Origin: Alphaproteobacteria bacterium
Lineage (GTDB): Bacteria > Pseudomonadota > Alphaproteobacteria > UBA7887
Assembly: GCA_965216755.1 (NCBI GenBank)
Contig: CBDCGL010000011.1
Location: forward strand, 384,001 to 448,000
Direction of reading: 5' to 3'
DNA length: 64,000 nt
Part shown: in pieces, positions 8,997-19,112 of the stretch
How the letters are laid out: every line of letters begins with the position of its first letter
How positions within the stretch are numbered: position 1 is the stretch's first letter
Notes under the pieces: generated by a model
What the model was told of the DNA's origin: nothing
Seen by the model: only the letters and a program-made list of their open reading frames with translations
Database searches by the model: none
Program-made: the position numbers and the translations under genes

Positions 8997-11878
8997 GCCG
9001 ATTTGCGCCGGCGCCGCGATGGCGTGCGGGCGAGGGGCGCGATACCGGGCGTGCGGGTTAAATAGCTGCCCGTGTGGCTGCCGGCTACGGCCGCGACCGC
9101 TTCGGGCGGGCCTTCTGCGACAACCGTGCCACCGCCGGCGCCGCCCTCCGGGCCCAAATCGATGATCCAGTCGGCGGTCTTGATGACTTCCAGATTGTGT
9201 TCGATGACCACCACTGTGTTGCCGGTGTCGACCAACGCGTGCAGGACGTCCAGCAACTTACGCACGTCGTCGAAATGCAGCCCGGTTGTCGGTTCATCTA
9301 AAATGTACAATGTTTTACCGGTGGCGCGGCGGGACAACTCCTTCGCCAATTTGATGCGTTGCGCCTCGCCTCCCGATAGCGTGGTCGCCGGCTGTCCGAC
9401 GTGGATATAACCGAGGCCGACCCGTTGCAGGGTTGCCATTTTGTCGCGTATCGCCGGCATCGCTCTAAAGAACTCGGCGGCCTCGTCGACGGTCATGTCC
9501 AGGACATCGGCAATCGATTGCTCGCGATAGCGGATTTCGAGTGTTTCACGATTGTACCGTTTGCCTTTGCACGCATCACAGGTGACATACACGTCCGGCA
9601 AAAAATGCATTTCGATCTTGATGACACCATCACCTTGACACGATTCGCAGCGGCCTCCCTTGACGTTAAACGAAAAGCGGCCGGGCTTATATCCGCGTGC
9701 CTGTGCGTCGGGCAGGCCCGCGAACCATTCGCGGATCGGCGTGAATGCGCCGGTATAAGTTGCGGGGTTTGAACGTGGTGTGCGTCCGATCGGTGACTGA
9801 TCGATGTCGACCACTTTGTCCAGATGATGCAGCCCGTCTATAGCCTCATGCGCGCCCGGATAGAGCCGGGCGCGGTTAAGCTTGCGCGCGACCGCCGGGT
9901 ACAACGTATCGATGATCAAGCTCGATTTGCCGCTGCCCGAAACACCGGTGACGCAGGTAAATGTGCCCAGTGGAATAGTCGCGTCCACCGCGCGCAAATT
10001 GTTGGCACAAGCGCCACGCACCACCAATTCCCGCCGACTGCGGCCCTGGCGCTTGCCGGACCGGCGTTGCTTCGGAACCGGGATTTGGCGAATGCCGCTG
10101 AGATACTGCCCGGTCAGGCTAGCCGGGTTCGCCATCACTGCCTCGGGCGTGCCTTGGGCGACGATCTGGCCACCGTGCACTCCAGCGCCGGGACCTAGGT
10201 CAACGACATGTTCGGCGGCGCGAATCGCTTCTTCGTCGTGTTCAACGACGATGACCGTATTATCCAAATCCCTCAGATTGCGTAGTGTTTCCAGCAGCCG
10301 GGCATTGTCGCGCTGATGCAAACCAATCGACGGTTCGTCCAGAACATAAAGCACGCCGGTCAGGCCCGACCCGATCTGTGATGCGAGTCGTATGCGTTGG
10401 CTTTCGCCACCCGAGAGCGTGCCGGAATTACGCGATAGGGTCAGATATTCCAGCCCGACATTGACCAAAAAGCCCAGCCGCTGGTTGATTTCCCTCAACA
10501 CCCGCCGGGCAATCTCGGTTTGTTTCTCGGTCAAAACATCCGCCAAGTTCGCGAACCAAATCGCGGCATCGGCGATCGAAAGTGCGGCAACCTCGCCAAT
10601 ATGGCGGGCGTCGATCTTGACCGCCAGCGATTCGGGCTTTAGTCGGTAGCCGGCGCAGGATTCGCATGGCGCCTCACTTTGATAGCGGCCAATTTCTTCA
10701 CGCAGCCAAGCGTTTTCCGTTTCCTTGTAACGCCGTTCCAAATTGGGGATCACGCCCTCGAACGGACGCTTGGTGGTATATTTTCGCAGGCCATCGTCAT
10801 AGGTCATCGCCACGGGCGTGGCGCCGGAACCATAGAGCACGGCTTTTTGCACCTTCGCCGGCAAGTCGGCAAAGGCTGTGTTCATACTCACCTTATAGTG
10901 CTTGGCGAGGCTCTGTAACGTCTGCAGGTAGTATTGAGTCGAGCTGTTTGCCCAGGGCTGGATCGCGCCTTTGCGCAGTGACAAGGTCTCGTCGGGCACG
11001 ACCAAACCGGCGTCCACGTAGCGGCGTGAACCAATGCCGCCACACGCCGGGCAGGCGCCGAACGGGTTGTTGAAAGAAAATAACCTCGGCTCGATCTCAT
11101 CGATGGTGAAACCGGATATCGGGCAAGAAAAGCGCGCGGAAAATGTTGTGCGTTCACCGCTATCGGCCGACTCGGCATACAGAATCCCGTCGCTGAGGCT
11201 GAGCGCCGTCTCGACGCTATCCGCCAACCGATTGCTGAGCCCGTCACGGACAACGATGCGATCGACGACCACTTCGATGTCGTGTTTGAGTTTCTTGTCC
11301 AGCGCCGGCACGTCGTCAATCTCGTACATCGCGCCGTCGACCTTAACGCGTTGAAACCCACGCTTCATCAGGTCCGCGAATTCCTTGCGATATTCGCCCT
11401 TGCGGCCGCGAACGATGGGCGCCAGCAGAAGTAAGCGCGTGCCTTCGCGCATGGCCATGATGCCATCGACCATTTGGCTGACGCTTTGACTTTCGATCGG
11501 TAGGCCTGTCGCCGGCGAATAGGGCACGCCGATACGCGCGAAGAGAAGGCGCATATAGTCGTAAATCTCGGTCACCGTGCCGACTGTGGAACGCGGGTTG
11601 CGCGATGTGGTCTTTTGGTCGATGGCGATGGCGGGCGAGAGGCCGTCGATCGATTCGACGTCCGGCTTTTCCATCAGCTCCAGGAACTGCCGAGCATAGG
11701 CTGACAAGCTTTCCACATAACGGCGCTGACCCTCGGCATAGATCGTATCGAACGCCAGCGACGACTTGCCCGAGCCGCTGAGGCCCGTAATGACGATCAA
11801 CCGGTTGCGTGGCAGATCCAGGTCGAAGTTCTTGAGATTGTGTTCTTTTGCACCGCGAATGGTTATCGATTTGGTCAT
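8993..11878 (-). CDS. uvrA: Excinuclease ABC subunit A
   Basis: Two ABC ATPase domains ([34 protein letters not shown]) and zinc-binding CxxC motifs. Confidence 0.99.
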   Translation of the reverse strand: MTKSITIRGAKEHNLKNFDLDLPRNRLIVITGLSGSGKSSLAFDTIYAEGQRRYVESLSAYARQFLELMEKPDVESIDGLSPAIAIDQKTTSRNPRSTVGTVTEIYDYMRLLFARIGVPYSPATGLPIESQSVSQMVDGIMAMREGTRLLLLAPIVRGRKGEYRKEFADLMKRGFQRVKVDGAMYEIDDVPALDKKLKHDIEVVVDRIVVRDGLSNRLADSVETALSLSDGILYAESADSGERTTFSARFSCPISGFTIDEIEPRLFSFNNPFGACPACGGIGSRRYVDAGLVVPDETLSLRKGAIQPWANSSTQYYLQTLQSLAKHYKVSMNTAFADLPAKVQKAVLYGSGATPVAMTYDDGLRKYTTKRPFEGVIPNLERRYKETENAWLREEIGRYQSEAPCESCAGYRLKPESLAVKIDARHIGEVAALSIADAAIWFANLADVLTEKQTEIARRVLREINQRLGFLVNVGLEYLTLSRNSGTLSGGESQRIRLASQIGSGLTGVLYVLDEPSIGLHQRDNARLLETLRNLRDLDNTVIVVEHDEEAIRAAEHVVDLGPGAGVHGGQIVAQGTPEAVMANPASLTGQYLSGIRQIPVPKQRRSGKRQGRSRRELVVRGACANNLRAVDATIPLGTFTCVTGVSGSGKSSLIIDTLYPAVARKLNRARLYPGAHEAIDGLHHLDKVVDIDQSPIGRTPRSNPATYTGAFTPIREWFAGLPDAQARGYKPGRFSFNVKGGRCESCQGDGVIKIEMHFLPDVYVTCDACKGKRYNRETLEIRYREQSIADVLDMTVDEAAEFFRAMPAIRDKMATLQRVGLGYIHVGQPATTLSGGEAQRIKLAKELSRRATGKTLYILDEPTTGLHFDDVRKLLDVLHALVDTGNTVVVIEHNLEVIKTADWIIDLGPEGGAGGGTVVAEGPPEAVAAVAGSHTGSYLTRTPGIAPLARTPSRRRRKSA

Positions 11879-12044
11879 CGCAACGTTTCGATTTCCTGTG
11901 GCTTCGGCGCCGAGACGGATATCGCATTATACGCGGCTGAGGCGTTTTTGGACGAAGTTTGCGGAACCGCGCGGCGCGGCCCTGTATACTCGCCGGCACG
12001 GAATCGCGCGATGAGAACATCGCAGAATTTATCGGGGAATATCG

Positions 12045-12503
12045 ATGGCAGGCAGTGTTAACAAAGTCATATTGGTCGGCAATTTGGGGCGCGATCCGGA
12101 GGTGCGCTCCATGCAGAATGGCGGCCGAGTCGCGAATTTGTCGTTAGCGACAAGTGACACATGGAAGGATCGACAGACGGGCGAGCGGCGCGAAAAGACC
12201 GAATGGCATCGTGTTGTAATTTTTGACGATCAGTTGGTAGACATCGCCGAAAAGTATTTGCGCAAGGGTTCGAAAATATACATTGAAGGACAATTGCAAA
12301 CGCGCAAATGGACCGATCAACAGGGCGTGGAGAAATACACGACAGAGGTCGTGCTCAATAGATTTCGCGGCCAGATGACCATGCTCGACAGCCGCAGCGA
12401 TGGTGGTGGCGGTGGATTTGGCGGCAGCGGTGGCGGGGATCGCTTCAACGAAGGTGGTGGTGCACCGGCCGGCGGTGATTTCGACGACGAAATTCCTTTC
12501 TAA
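12045..12503 (+). CDS. ssb: Single-stranded DNA-binding protein
   Basis: [15 protein letters not shown] start, Gly-rich linker, DDEIPF tail; divergent from uvrA. Confidence 0.99.
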   Translation: MAGSVNKVILVGNLGRDPEVRSMQNGGRVANLSLATSDTWKDRQTGERREKTEWHRVVIFDDQLVDIAEKYLRKGSKIYIEGQLQTRKWTDQQGVEKYTTEVVLNRFRGQMTMLDSRSDGGGGGFGGSGGGDRFNEGGGAPAGGDFDDEIPF

Positions 12504-12506
12504 CCT

Positions 12507-12618
12507 TATTTCCGTTGTTTCGGTGACAGTTTACTAAATACACCATATATAGTGCGCCTGCTTCAAGCAGGGGCACACATGGTGTATTTAGTAAACTGTC
12601 ACCGAAACAACGGAAATA
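12507..12618. repeat. Perfect 40-bp inverted repeat with a hairpin-forming spacer
   Basis: 12507-12546 TATTTCCGTTGTTTCGGTGACAGTTTACTAAATACACCAT is the exact reverse complement of 12579-12618. The spacer also pairs (GTGC/GCAC, CCTGCT/AGCAGG). Confidence 0.95.
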
Positions 12619-15600
12619 CTATCCGGTCGGATCGGGCGGGATTTCTAGGCCGGCTTTTTTGAAACCGTCCAAGATGTGAGCGATCAGGTCTTCGGACCAG
12701 TTCCATTTGCGACATTCGCCCCACGGGTCCTCGGCAAATGCTGGGTGCAGTTCGAGCATGCGGTCGAGGCTTTGCCGCGCTTCGTCGATGCGGCCGAGTT
12801 GGGCGAGGGCGATGGTTGTGACAAACGGATCCCGCCAGTAATCGTGCATATTGATCCGCTGCGCGTCGGCGAGAGCGCCCTCGTAGTCATGCCTGCGATA
12901 TTTGTCGATGGAGAACGCGATATATATCCATGTCGCGTGATCGGGATGAATCTCGAGGACGCGTTCGAGCAACCCAATGCCGCGTTCCCATCGTCCGGCA
13001 TAGGCTATTTTCCAGCCCAAATCGGCAAGGACGGATATATCATCCGGATTTCTGTCGATCTCTTGTTCCGCGAGATCGAAGAACTGGTCGAGGTCGTGGC
13101 GTGCGAAGTGGATGGCTGCAAGAGCGACCGGGACATCCGGATGGTTTGGATCGATTGCGAGCGCCTTTTGGCCAGCATCGAGCGCACGCTCAAGCGGGCG
13201 CGGACGGGGATTCAATCCCGATTGGTGTTCGAGAGAGTAAATCCAGATTAGCGCGGCCCAAGCGTCGGCGAAGTTCGGGTTTGCGGCGACGGCAGCCTCA
13301 AGGCAATCGCGCGTTTCGGCATGATTCTGGTGCGTCACGACGGTCATGACGTCCAACGAGCGTAAAACACATTCATAGTGGCCTAGGTCTTGCGCGCGGA
13401 CCCGTTGCAGACGCCTTAGTGTATCTCGGATCATTTCGCCGTCCATATCGCCAACGCTATTTGCGATTCTTATGGCGATCTCATCCTGGATAGCGAAGAT
13501 ACCTGCTGTGTTCAGGCTTCGTTCGAACCGATCAGCCCACACTTGATTGCCATCGACGTCTGCCAGGTGCGCGCTGATCCGTATCGTGTCGCCGGATCTG
13601 CGCACCGATCCGCCGAGGACGAACCCGACTTTGAGTTCTCTTGCGACGACCACCGGGTCGTTTTCCGCCATCTCAAGAGATCGGCCGCGCGCCGCGACCC
13701 GAATGTCGGAAAACCGACTTAAGGTGGTGATCAATTCCTCTGCGATGCCTTTGGCGAAATAGTCCTGTTCAGGATCCCCAGACAGATTCTCGAACGGCAG
13801 CACGGCAATCGATGGCTTGTCCGCATCGGCACGCGGCGGATGCTCCGGCACGCCCAAGCTACGCAGCTCATCAAGGGCGTTTTCGACTATCGTAGTTTCG
13901 TAAAACCAAAGCTTTTCCCGAGCGAAATCTCTGATCGTCTCGATTGAATAGTCCGGATGCTTACCGCTGGCGCGCGCGATTTCGGCTTTCAGGTCGTCTA
14001 ATCTGTTTGCATTGGCCAATACGATAGAAAAATTGAAATAACGAGCGAAATCATCGGGCGCCCGACCGTAATACTCTGCAAAGAGATCCGCAGCCTGGTT
14101 CCAATCGCCCAACAGAGAAATCGCTGTCGCCTTGGTATCAATGTACCAGGCTGGATATGCCGGGCTCAGACGCATCGCCTCCTCTACGCTCTTTAAGGCC
14201 TGGTCATATTCTCCAGCTCGAATGTAGACCCAGGCCATGTCGGCTCTCGGATCAGGACTGTTTGGTGCCAAGTCGATCGCCTTCTTGCCCCATTTCATAG
14301 CCGCGCCATGATCGCCTTCGGTAGAAGCAATGGCCCGAAGGAGTCGGTAGCCATATGCGTGATCGGGCGCCAGAGCGAGGACCTTGTCCGTGTATTCCTT
14401 GCATCGAGCAAGGACAGACGGTTCCGTATCCCAACCATATTCATAGGCGTGCCAATGCACCCACGCCAAACGACCCCAGGCGAGCGCGTAATTTGGGTCG
14501 ATGGCCACGGCTCGCTCCAACAGTTCGCGTGCCCGATCGTTGGCCTCTTCACTATATTTCAGTATGTTTTTTGCACCCTCTTGGCTTAGCGCCCATGCTT
14601 CGAGATTCTTTGTTCCGCCGCGCCATTTCAGATCACGTCCGCCGCCGAGCAAATTAATTTGCATGGCCGTGGCAACCTCTAGGGCAATCTCATCTTGTAT
14701 GGCAAAAATGTCTTCAATTGGTCGGTCGTAGCGCTCGGTCCAGATGTGGCCGCCGGACCGGGCCTCGATCAATTGCATCGTGATGCGCAATTGATCACCC
14801 GAGACTTGCACGCTGCCTTCCAGCAGATGGCCGACACCGAGTTGCGCTGTGACCTCGGCGATATCGATTCCGGTTTCCTTGTATTGCAGGGTCGAATAGC
14901 GGGCCGGCACAAACAACTCGTAGGCCTGAGACAACGTTGCGGTGACGTTCTCGTGCAGGCCGTCGGCGATGAAAGCGTGTTCGGGGTCCGTGCTGAGATT
15001 GTCGAACGGGAGAACCGCAACCGACGCTTTGTTGGGGAACGCAAGCCATGGCGAGGCAGCCGAAGGTTCTGCTTCCGCAACGTCCTCCGCCGGCCGGGTG
15101 GTATCGAACACGCCTGCACCCCACAGGCCAGCGACCACGACGACCAGAGCCGCCGCCGCGGCGAGGCCGGCGAGGAGCTTCGGCTTTGGTAGGTGTTGGT
15201 GTTTGACCGGAGGCGCCGCTTCACCGTCGGCGACGCGATAGGCGCGGACGGGGTCGGCGATATTTTTGACCTCTTGCTCGCCCAAGAAATCGAAAGATGC
15301 GTCAACCTTTGAGCGCACGCTGTCGAACACGCTGCCCGAGACATTGATGCCGCCGGGGCTGGCCAGCGCTTCCAGCCGCGCGGCGACATTGACGCCGTCG
15401 CCATAAACCGTGCCGTCAGCTTGTTCGAAAATGTCGCCCAGATTGACGCCGACGCGAAACGCCATGCGCCGGTCTTCGGGCAGGGCTTCGTTGCGTTTTG
15501 CCAGTTCGCCTTGGATGGCGACCGCCGCGCTGACAGCGCCGATGGCCGAGTCGAACACCGCCAAAACGCTGTCGCCGGCCATGTCGACAACCCGGCCGTC

Positions 15601-15753
15601 ATGGGTTTCGATCTCGGCCCGAAAAAGTCCACGATATTCGTTGAGCGTCGCGATGGTCGCCCGTTCATCGGCCTGCATCAGGCGCGAGTAACCCGCCACG
15701 TCCGCGGCCAATATCGCCGCCAGCCTTTGTTTCGGACCCTTCCCCTCGGCCAA
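12619..15753 (-). CDS. Class III adenylate/guanylate cyclase with TM helix and two TolB-N-like/TPR modules
   Basis: LAADVAGYSRLM, AGDS and GDGVNVAARLE motifs; TM segment; two AVLPFxNLS modules each followed by TPRs. Start placed at TTG 15753 (ORF extends to 15813). Confidence 0.9.
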   Translation of the reverse strand: MAEGKGPKQRLAAILAADVAGYSRLMQADERATIATLNEYRGLFRAEIETHDGRVVDMAGDSVLAVFDSAIGAVSAAVAIQGELAKRNEALPEDRRMAFRVGVNLGDIFEQADGTVYGDGVNVAARLEALASPGGINVSGSVFDSVRSKVDASFDFLGEQEVKNIADPVRAYRVADGEAAPPVKHQHLPKPKLLAGLAAAAALVVVVAGLWGAGVFDTTRPAEDVAEAEPSAASPWLAFPNKASVAVLPFDNLSTDPEHAFIADGLHENVTATLSQAYELFVPARYSTLQYKETGIDIAEVTAQLGVGHLLEGSVQVSGDQLRITMQLIEARSGGHIWTERYDRPIEDIFAIQDEIALEVATAMQINLLGGGRDLKWRGGTKNLEAWALSQEGAKNILKYSEEANDRARELLERAVAIDPNYALAWGRLAWVHWHAYEYGWDTEPSVLARCKEYTDKVLALAPDHAYGYRLLRAIASTEGDHGAAMKWGKKAIDLAPNSPDPRADMAWVYIRAGEYDQALKSVEEAMRLSPAYPAWYIDTKATAISLLGDWNQAADLFAEYYGRAPDDFARYFNFSIVLANANRLDDLKAEIARASGKHPDYSIETIRDFAREKLWFYETTIVENALDELRSLGVPEHPPRADADKPSIAVLPFENLSGDPEQDYFAKGIAEELITTLSRFSDIRVAARGRSLEMAENDPVVVARELKVGFVLGGSVRRSGDTIRISAHLADVDGNQVWADRFERSLNTAGIFAIQDEIAIRIANSVGDMDGEMIRDTLRRLQRVRAQDLGHYECVLRSLDVMTVVTHQNHAETRDCLEAAVAANPNFADAWAALIWIYSLEHQSGLNPRPRPLERALDAGQKALAIDPNHPDVPVALAAIHFARHDLDQFFDLAEQEIDRNPDDISVLADLGWKIAYAGRWERGIGLLERVLEIHPDHATWIYIAFSIDKYRRHDYEGALADAQRINMHDYWRDPFVTTIALAQLGRIDEARQSLDRMLELHPAFAEDPWGECRKWNWSEDLIAHILDGFKKAGLEIPPDPTG

Positions 15754-15785
15754 GACCCGTCCCCATGACACGGTACGGTCAATCG

Positions 15786-15813
15786 ATTTTGGCCCGTCCA
15801 AAGAATCTGTCAA
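15786..15813 (-). promoter_or_regulatory. Putative sigma70 promoter of cyclase gene 1
   Basis: TTGACA-N16-CAAAAT, conserved at the same position upstream of the paralog. Confidence 0.5.
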
Positions 15814-15887
15814 TGGTGTTTTGTATTACGAGGCCAGTTTGCTTAATGTACCACTGATTGTGGCAACTATGATTTTGGCCCCATATT

Positions 15888-15926
15888 TGGTGTATTTAGT
15901 AAACTGTCACCGTAATAACTGTAATA
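15888..15926 (-). repeat. Third (solo) arm of the 12507 element
   Basis: TGGTGTATTTAGTAAACTGTCACCG (15888-15912) is identical to 12580-12604; the next 14 bp have 4 mismatches. It abuts the stop codon at 15927. Confidence 0.9.
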
Positions 15927-17852
15927 TTATTCAGGTGGCTCCGGTGGGATATTCAATCCGGCTTTGCGCAGGCCCTCGACGCTGTGGCGGATGAAGGCGT
16001 CCGGATTGTTGAACTTTCGAAACTCCTCCCACGCCTTTTCTGCAAAGTCCGGATAAAGATTCAACAGTTTTTCGACCGTTGATCCAGCCTCTGCGTCCCG
16101 GCCAAGTTGGCCATATGCCGCGGCTAAGTGAATCTGGGACCAGTGAAAATCGGGCAAGCCGATTTTCAGTGCATACCTCATTGCCTTCTCATAGTTTTTC
16201 ACTTGGTACTCGGTATACGACAAAGACAAGTAATACCAACTGCCATGACCAGGGTTTAGAGCGGCGGCTTTCTTGACCATGGCCGAACCACGTTCGAGGC
16301 TACCGGTCCAAACCAAATAGGTCCCAACATCAGCCAGGATTGTTGCATTGTTGGGATTAAGTGCGATCGCGCGTTCGCCTTCGGACCGAAACAGTTCAAG
16401 GTCGTGTCTATGAAAATGGACAAACGCAAGTGCCAAGCGCGCTTCCGCACTATTGCTGTCGAGCGCGACCGCACGTTGTGCCGCATCGAAAGCGCGTTCC
16501 AAAGGTTCTGGTCGTTGGTTGTACCCAAATCGGAACTCATCCAGAGCCAGGAAAGAGAGTGCCGTCCATATCCGGGAATAGTTGGGGTCGATTTTGACCG
16601 CGCGTTCGGCGCAATCGCGAGATTCGCTATGCTGGTTGGGCGTCCGCACTTCATAATATTCGATAATGCGCAGAATGCATTCGTAGGCCGTCAGGCTTTC
16701 CGGGACCTTTTCGCGGATGGCGGCAGTCCCAGGCTTCCATATTGGACCGCGCTCATCGGCAATGGTTGCCGAGATACGGTTTGCAATTTCGTCTTGGGTT
16801 CCGAATATGTTGGCTGTCGTGAGATCCCGGTCGAACGTCTCCGCCCATAAATGCGTTCCGTCCTCGGCGTTGAGCAATTGAACCGTGACTCGAATTGAGT
16901 CGCCCGTCCTGCGCACGCTACCTTCAACAACATAGTCAGCACCCAGGTCGCGGCCGACCTCGCGCACATCGACGGCCTGACCCTTGTATTGAAATGTCGA
17001 ATTTCGCGCGATGACGAAAAGCTCTGAAAACTTCGACAACCGTGTGATCAGGTCCTCGGTCAAACCGTCGCCAAAATAGTCTTGTTCCGGATCGCCGCTG
17101 AGGTTGTCGAGCGGCAGTACGGCAATGGTGGGGCCCGTCGGCATGGCCAATACCGGATCTTCGGTCGGTTGCCCGTCGGCGGTGACATGTTGATCTGGTT
17201 GCCCAACTCTAGAGATCCACAAAAGGCCGCCCATGAGTAGGGCTGCGGCAAGTGCCGTGGCGGCACCAAACACAAGGGTTCGCCGATTTGGCCGGCGCGG
17301 GATCGTCGCGGCCGCTGTCTTACCATCGGCAACGCGATAGGCGCGGACCGGGTCGGCGATATTTTTGACCTCTTGCTCGCCCAAAAAGTCGAACGAAACG
17401 CCGACCTTCGAGCGCACGCTATCAAATACGCTGCCCGAAACAGTGATACTGCCAGGGCTGGCCATGGCTTCCAGCCGCGCGGCGACATTGACGCCGTCGC
17501 CATAAACCGTGCCGTCAGCTTGTTCGAATATGTCGCCCAAATTGATGCCGATGCGAAACGCCATGCGTCGGTCATCGGGCAGGGACTCGTTGCGTTTGGC
17601 AAGCGCCGCCTGGATAGCGAGCGCTGCGGAGACGGCGCCGATGGCGGAGTCGAACACCGCCAAAACGCTATCGCCGGCCATGTCGACAACCCGGCCGTCA
17701 TGGGTTTCGATCTCGGCCCGAAAAAGTCCACGATATTCGTTGAGCGTGGCGATGGTCGCCCGCTCATCGGCCTGCATCAGGCGCGAGTAACCCGCCACGT
17801 CCGCGGCCAGAATCGCCGCCAGCCTTTGTTTTGGACCCTTACCGTCGGCCAC
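15927..17852 (-). CDS. Class III adenylate/guanylate cyclase with TM helix and one TolB-N-like/TPR module
   Basis: Cyclase domain nearly identical to the neighbouring gene; IAVLPLDNLSGDPEQDYF then TPRs. Start placed at GTG 17852 (ORF extends to 17912). Confidence 0.9.
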   Translation of the reverse strand: MADGKGPKQRLAAILAADVAGYSRLMQADERATIATLNEYRGLFRAEIETHDGRVVDMAGDSVLAVFDSAIGAVSAALAIQAALAKRNESLPDDRRMAFRIGINLGDIFEQADGTVYGDGVNVAARLEAMASPGSITVSGSVFDSVRSKVGVSFDFLGEQEVKNIADPVRAYRVADGKTAAATIPRRPNRRTLVFGAATALAAALLMGGLLWISRVGQPDQHVTADGQPTEDPVLAMPTGPTIAVLPLDNLSGDPEQDYFGDGLTEDLITRLSKFSELFVIARNSTFQYKGQAVDVREVGRDLGADYVVEGSVRRTGDSIRVTVQLLNAEDGTHLWAETFDRDLTTANIFGTQDEIANRISATIADERGPIWKPGTAAIREKVPESLTAYECILRIIEYYEVRTPNQHSESRDCAERAVKIDPNYSRIWTALSFLALDEFRFGYNQRPEPLERAFDAAQRAVALDSNSAEARLALAFVHFHRHDLELFRSEGERAIALNPNNATILADVGTYLVWTGSLERGSAMVKKAAALNPGHGSWYYLSLSYTEYQVKNYEKAMRYALKIGLPDFHWSQIHLAAAYGQLGRDAEAGSTVEKLLNLYPDFAEKAWEEFRKFNNPDAFIRHSVEGLRKAGLNIPPEPPE

Positions 17853-17884
17853 AATGCGCCCCCATGACACGCTACGGCCAATCG

Positions 17885-17912
17885 ATTCTGGCCCGACAAG
17901 CTTTTCTGTCAA
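17885..17912 (-). promoter_or_regulatory. Putative sigma70 promoter of cyclase gene 2
   Basis: TTGACA-N16-CAGAAT at the same spacing to the start as in the paralog. Confidence 0.5.
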
Positions 17913-17974
17913 TGACGGTGGGGACAGCGCCGCACAATGACGGGGTACTCCCCATTCGGCTTGAATTCAGTGGA

Positions 17975-18871
17975 GAGATATGCACGAATCTTGGTGACGG
18001 TGGATGATCAGGCGGCGGCGTGGGTTAGATCATCCTGTTCAACACCGTCGACGAATGTGACGCCTTCGATGACTTTGGGCAATTGGTTTTGTCCATCAAG
18101 TTTGCGCCACGGTGCCTGCGCCGCGCGGATCAGCTTGAAGACCATGATCTTGGCGCTGGTGTGTGACCGACAGCCCTTGGCCTTGACGGTGCGATGGCGC
18201 ACAGTGGCAAACGTGCTTTCAATCGGGTTCGTGGTCCGGATGTACTTCCGATGTTCGGCCGGGAACTCATAGAACGTCAGCAAGCGCTCGCGATCCTTAG
18301 CGAGGCAAGCGAGGGCCTTGTCGTATTTGGCGCCACATTTGGCAACAAAACGATCGAATGCCTTTTCCGCGTCGGTGCGGCCTTCGGCCATCCAGATTTC
18401 CTTGAGATCGGCGCGGGGACCGGACTGAACCGCTTTCGGCAGTTTGTTGAGAACATTTACGGTTTTGTGCACCCAGCAGCGCCGGTGGCGGGTGCGGATC
18501 CGCTCGCCATCCGGGGTACGGTCGCGCACCCGCGGCTGGCGCACCGCCACCGGACCAATCCCGGTTTGAATGCGGCGCTCCGGCAAATGTCCATGGCGCA
18601 CCAGACGCCGGCGACCATCCGCCGTGGTCAGGTCTTCGTAGGCAGCCAGAAACGTCGCAACCTCCGCTTCAACCGCTTGTGCCAAAAGCGTCCGCGCGCC
18701 GGGTCGCAAGACTTCCGTCAACGGATCCTCAATTTCATCTGGTTGGCTTAACCGAACAACAGTATCTTCGCTGATGGCGTATCACTCCTTCTGGGAGATG
18801 TGGCTGGCTGTTCACCGCCACGATACGCCACCTCCTTCTACTCCGTCGTCACCAACTTTCGCTCATTGCTC
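17975..18871 (-). mobile_element. IS256-family element with internally deleted transposase
   Basis: ORF 18008..18721 joins the N-terminus (VRHGHLPERRIQTGIGPV) to the C-terminus (RCWVHK, RTTNPIESTF) with the middle missing. Imperfect terminal IRs GAGATATGCACGAATCTTGGTGACG / GAGCAATGAGCGAAAGTTGGTGACG. Confidence 0.88.
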
Positions 18872-19112
18872 ACCGCCGGCGCCACCGACCCGGTAAACCT
18901 CTTGCGTTGCATGATCCGGACCGCATTGCTCGCCGATATCCGGAACCGACGCGCAGCTTCGCGACACGAATGGCCGGCATCTACAAACGCCACAACACGT
19001 TCCCTAAGATCTTCAGATAGCGGTTTGCCCATGATCCACCTCCAGACACGGTGAATCGCAAATCCGCCTCTTCGGGAATCCTTTTGATTCAGGATTTAAC
19101 GAGGTCGCTCTA
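18872..19112 (-). mobile_element. IS630-family remnant (left end plus N-terminal HTH)
   Basis: MGKPLSEDLRERVVAFVDAGHSCREAARRF, truncated by IS256; terminus reads TAGAGCG. Confidence 0.8.

Noticed and set aside
11879-12044. LexA box between uvrA and ssb
   Set aside because: The best match is GAAC-N6-GAAT (12015-12028), which has the wrong spacing. This also means host use of the canonical box is not shown within this window.
15754-15813. N-terminal 20-aa extensions of both cyclases from the TTG ORF starts
   Set aside because: The TTG is part of a conserved TTGACA -35-like box, and a GGGG SD-like tract precedes the downstream TTG/GTG starts.
15913-15926. All four mismatches between repeat arms are at adenines in one copy (minus strand), resembling DGR mutagenesis
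   Set aside because: Only four sites in non-coding DNA, no reverse transcriptase or ~100-bp TR/VR pair in the window, and the adenines in the core are invariant.
12507-15926. CRISPR array or integron attC interpretation of the repeat
   Set aside because: No regular spacers or cas genes, no integron integrase, and no RYYYAAC/GTTRRRY ends.
17920-17927. GGGGACAG upstream of cyclase 2 as a fourth repeat arm
   Set aside because: Only a 7/8 core match with no flanking similarity.
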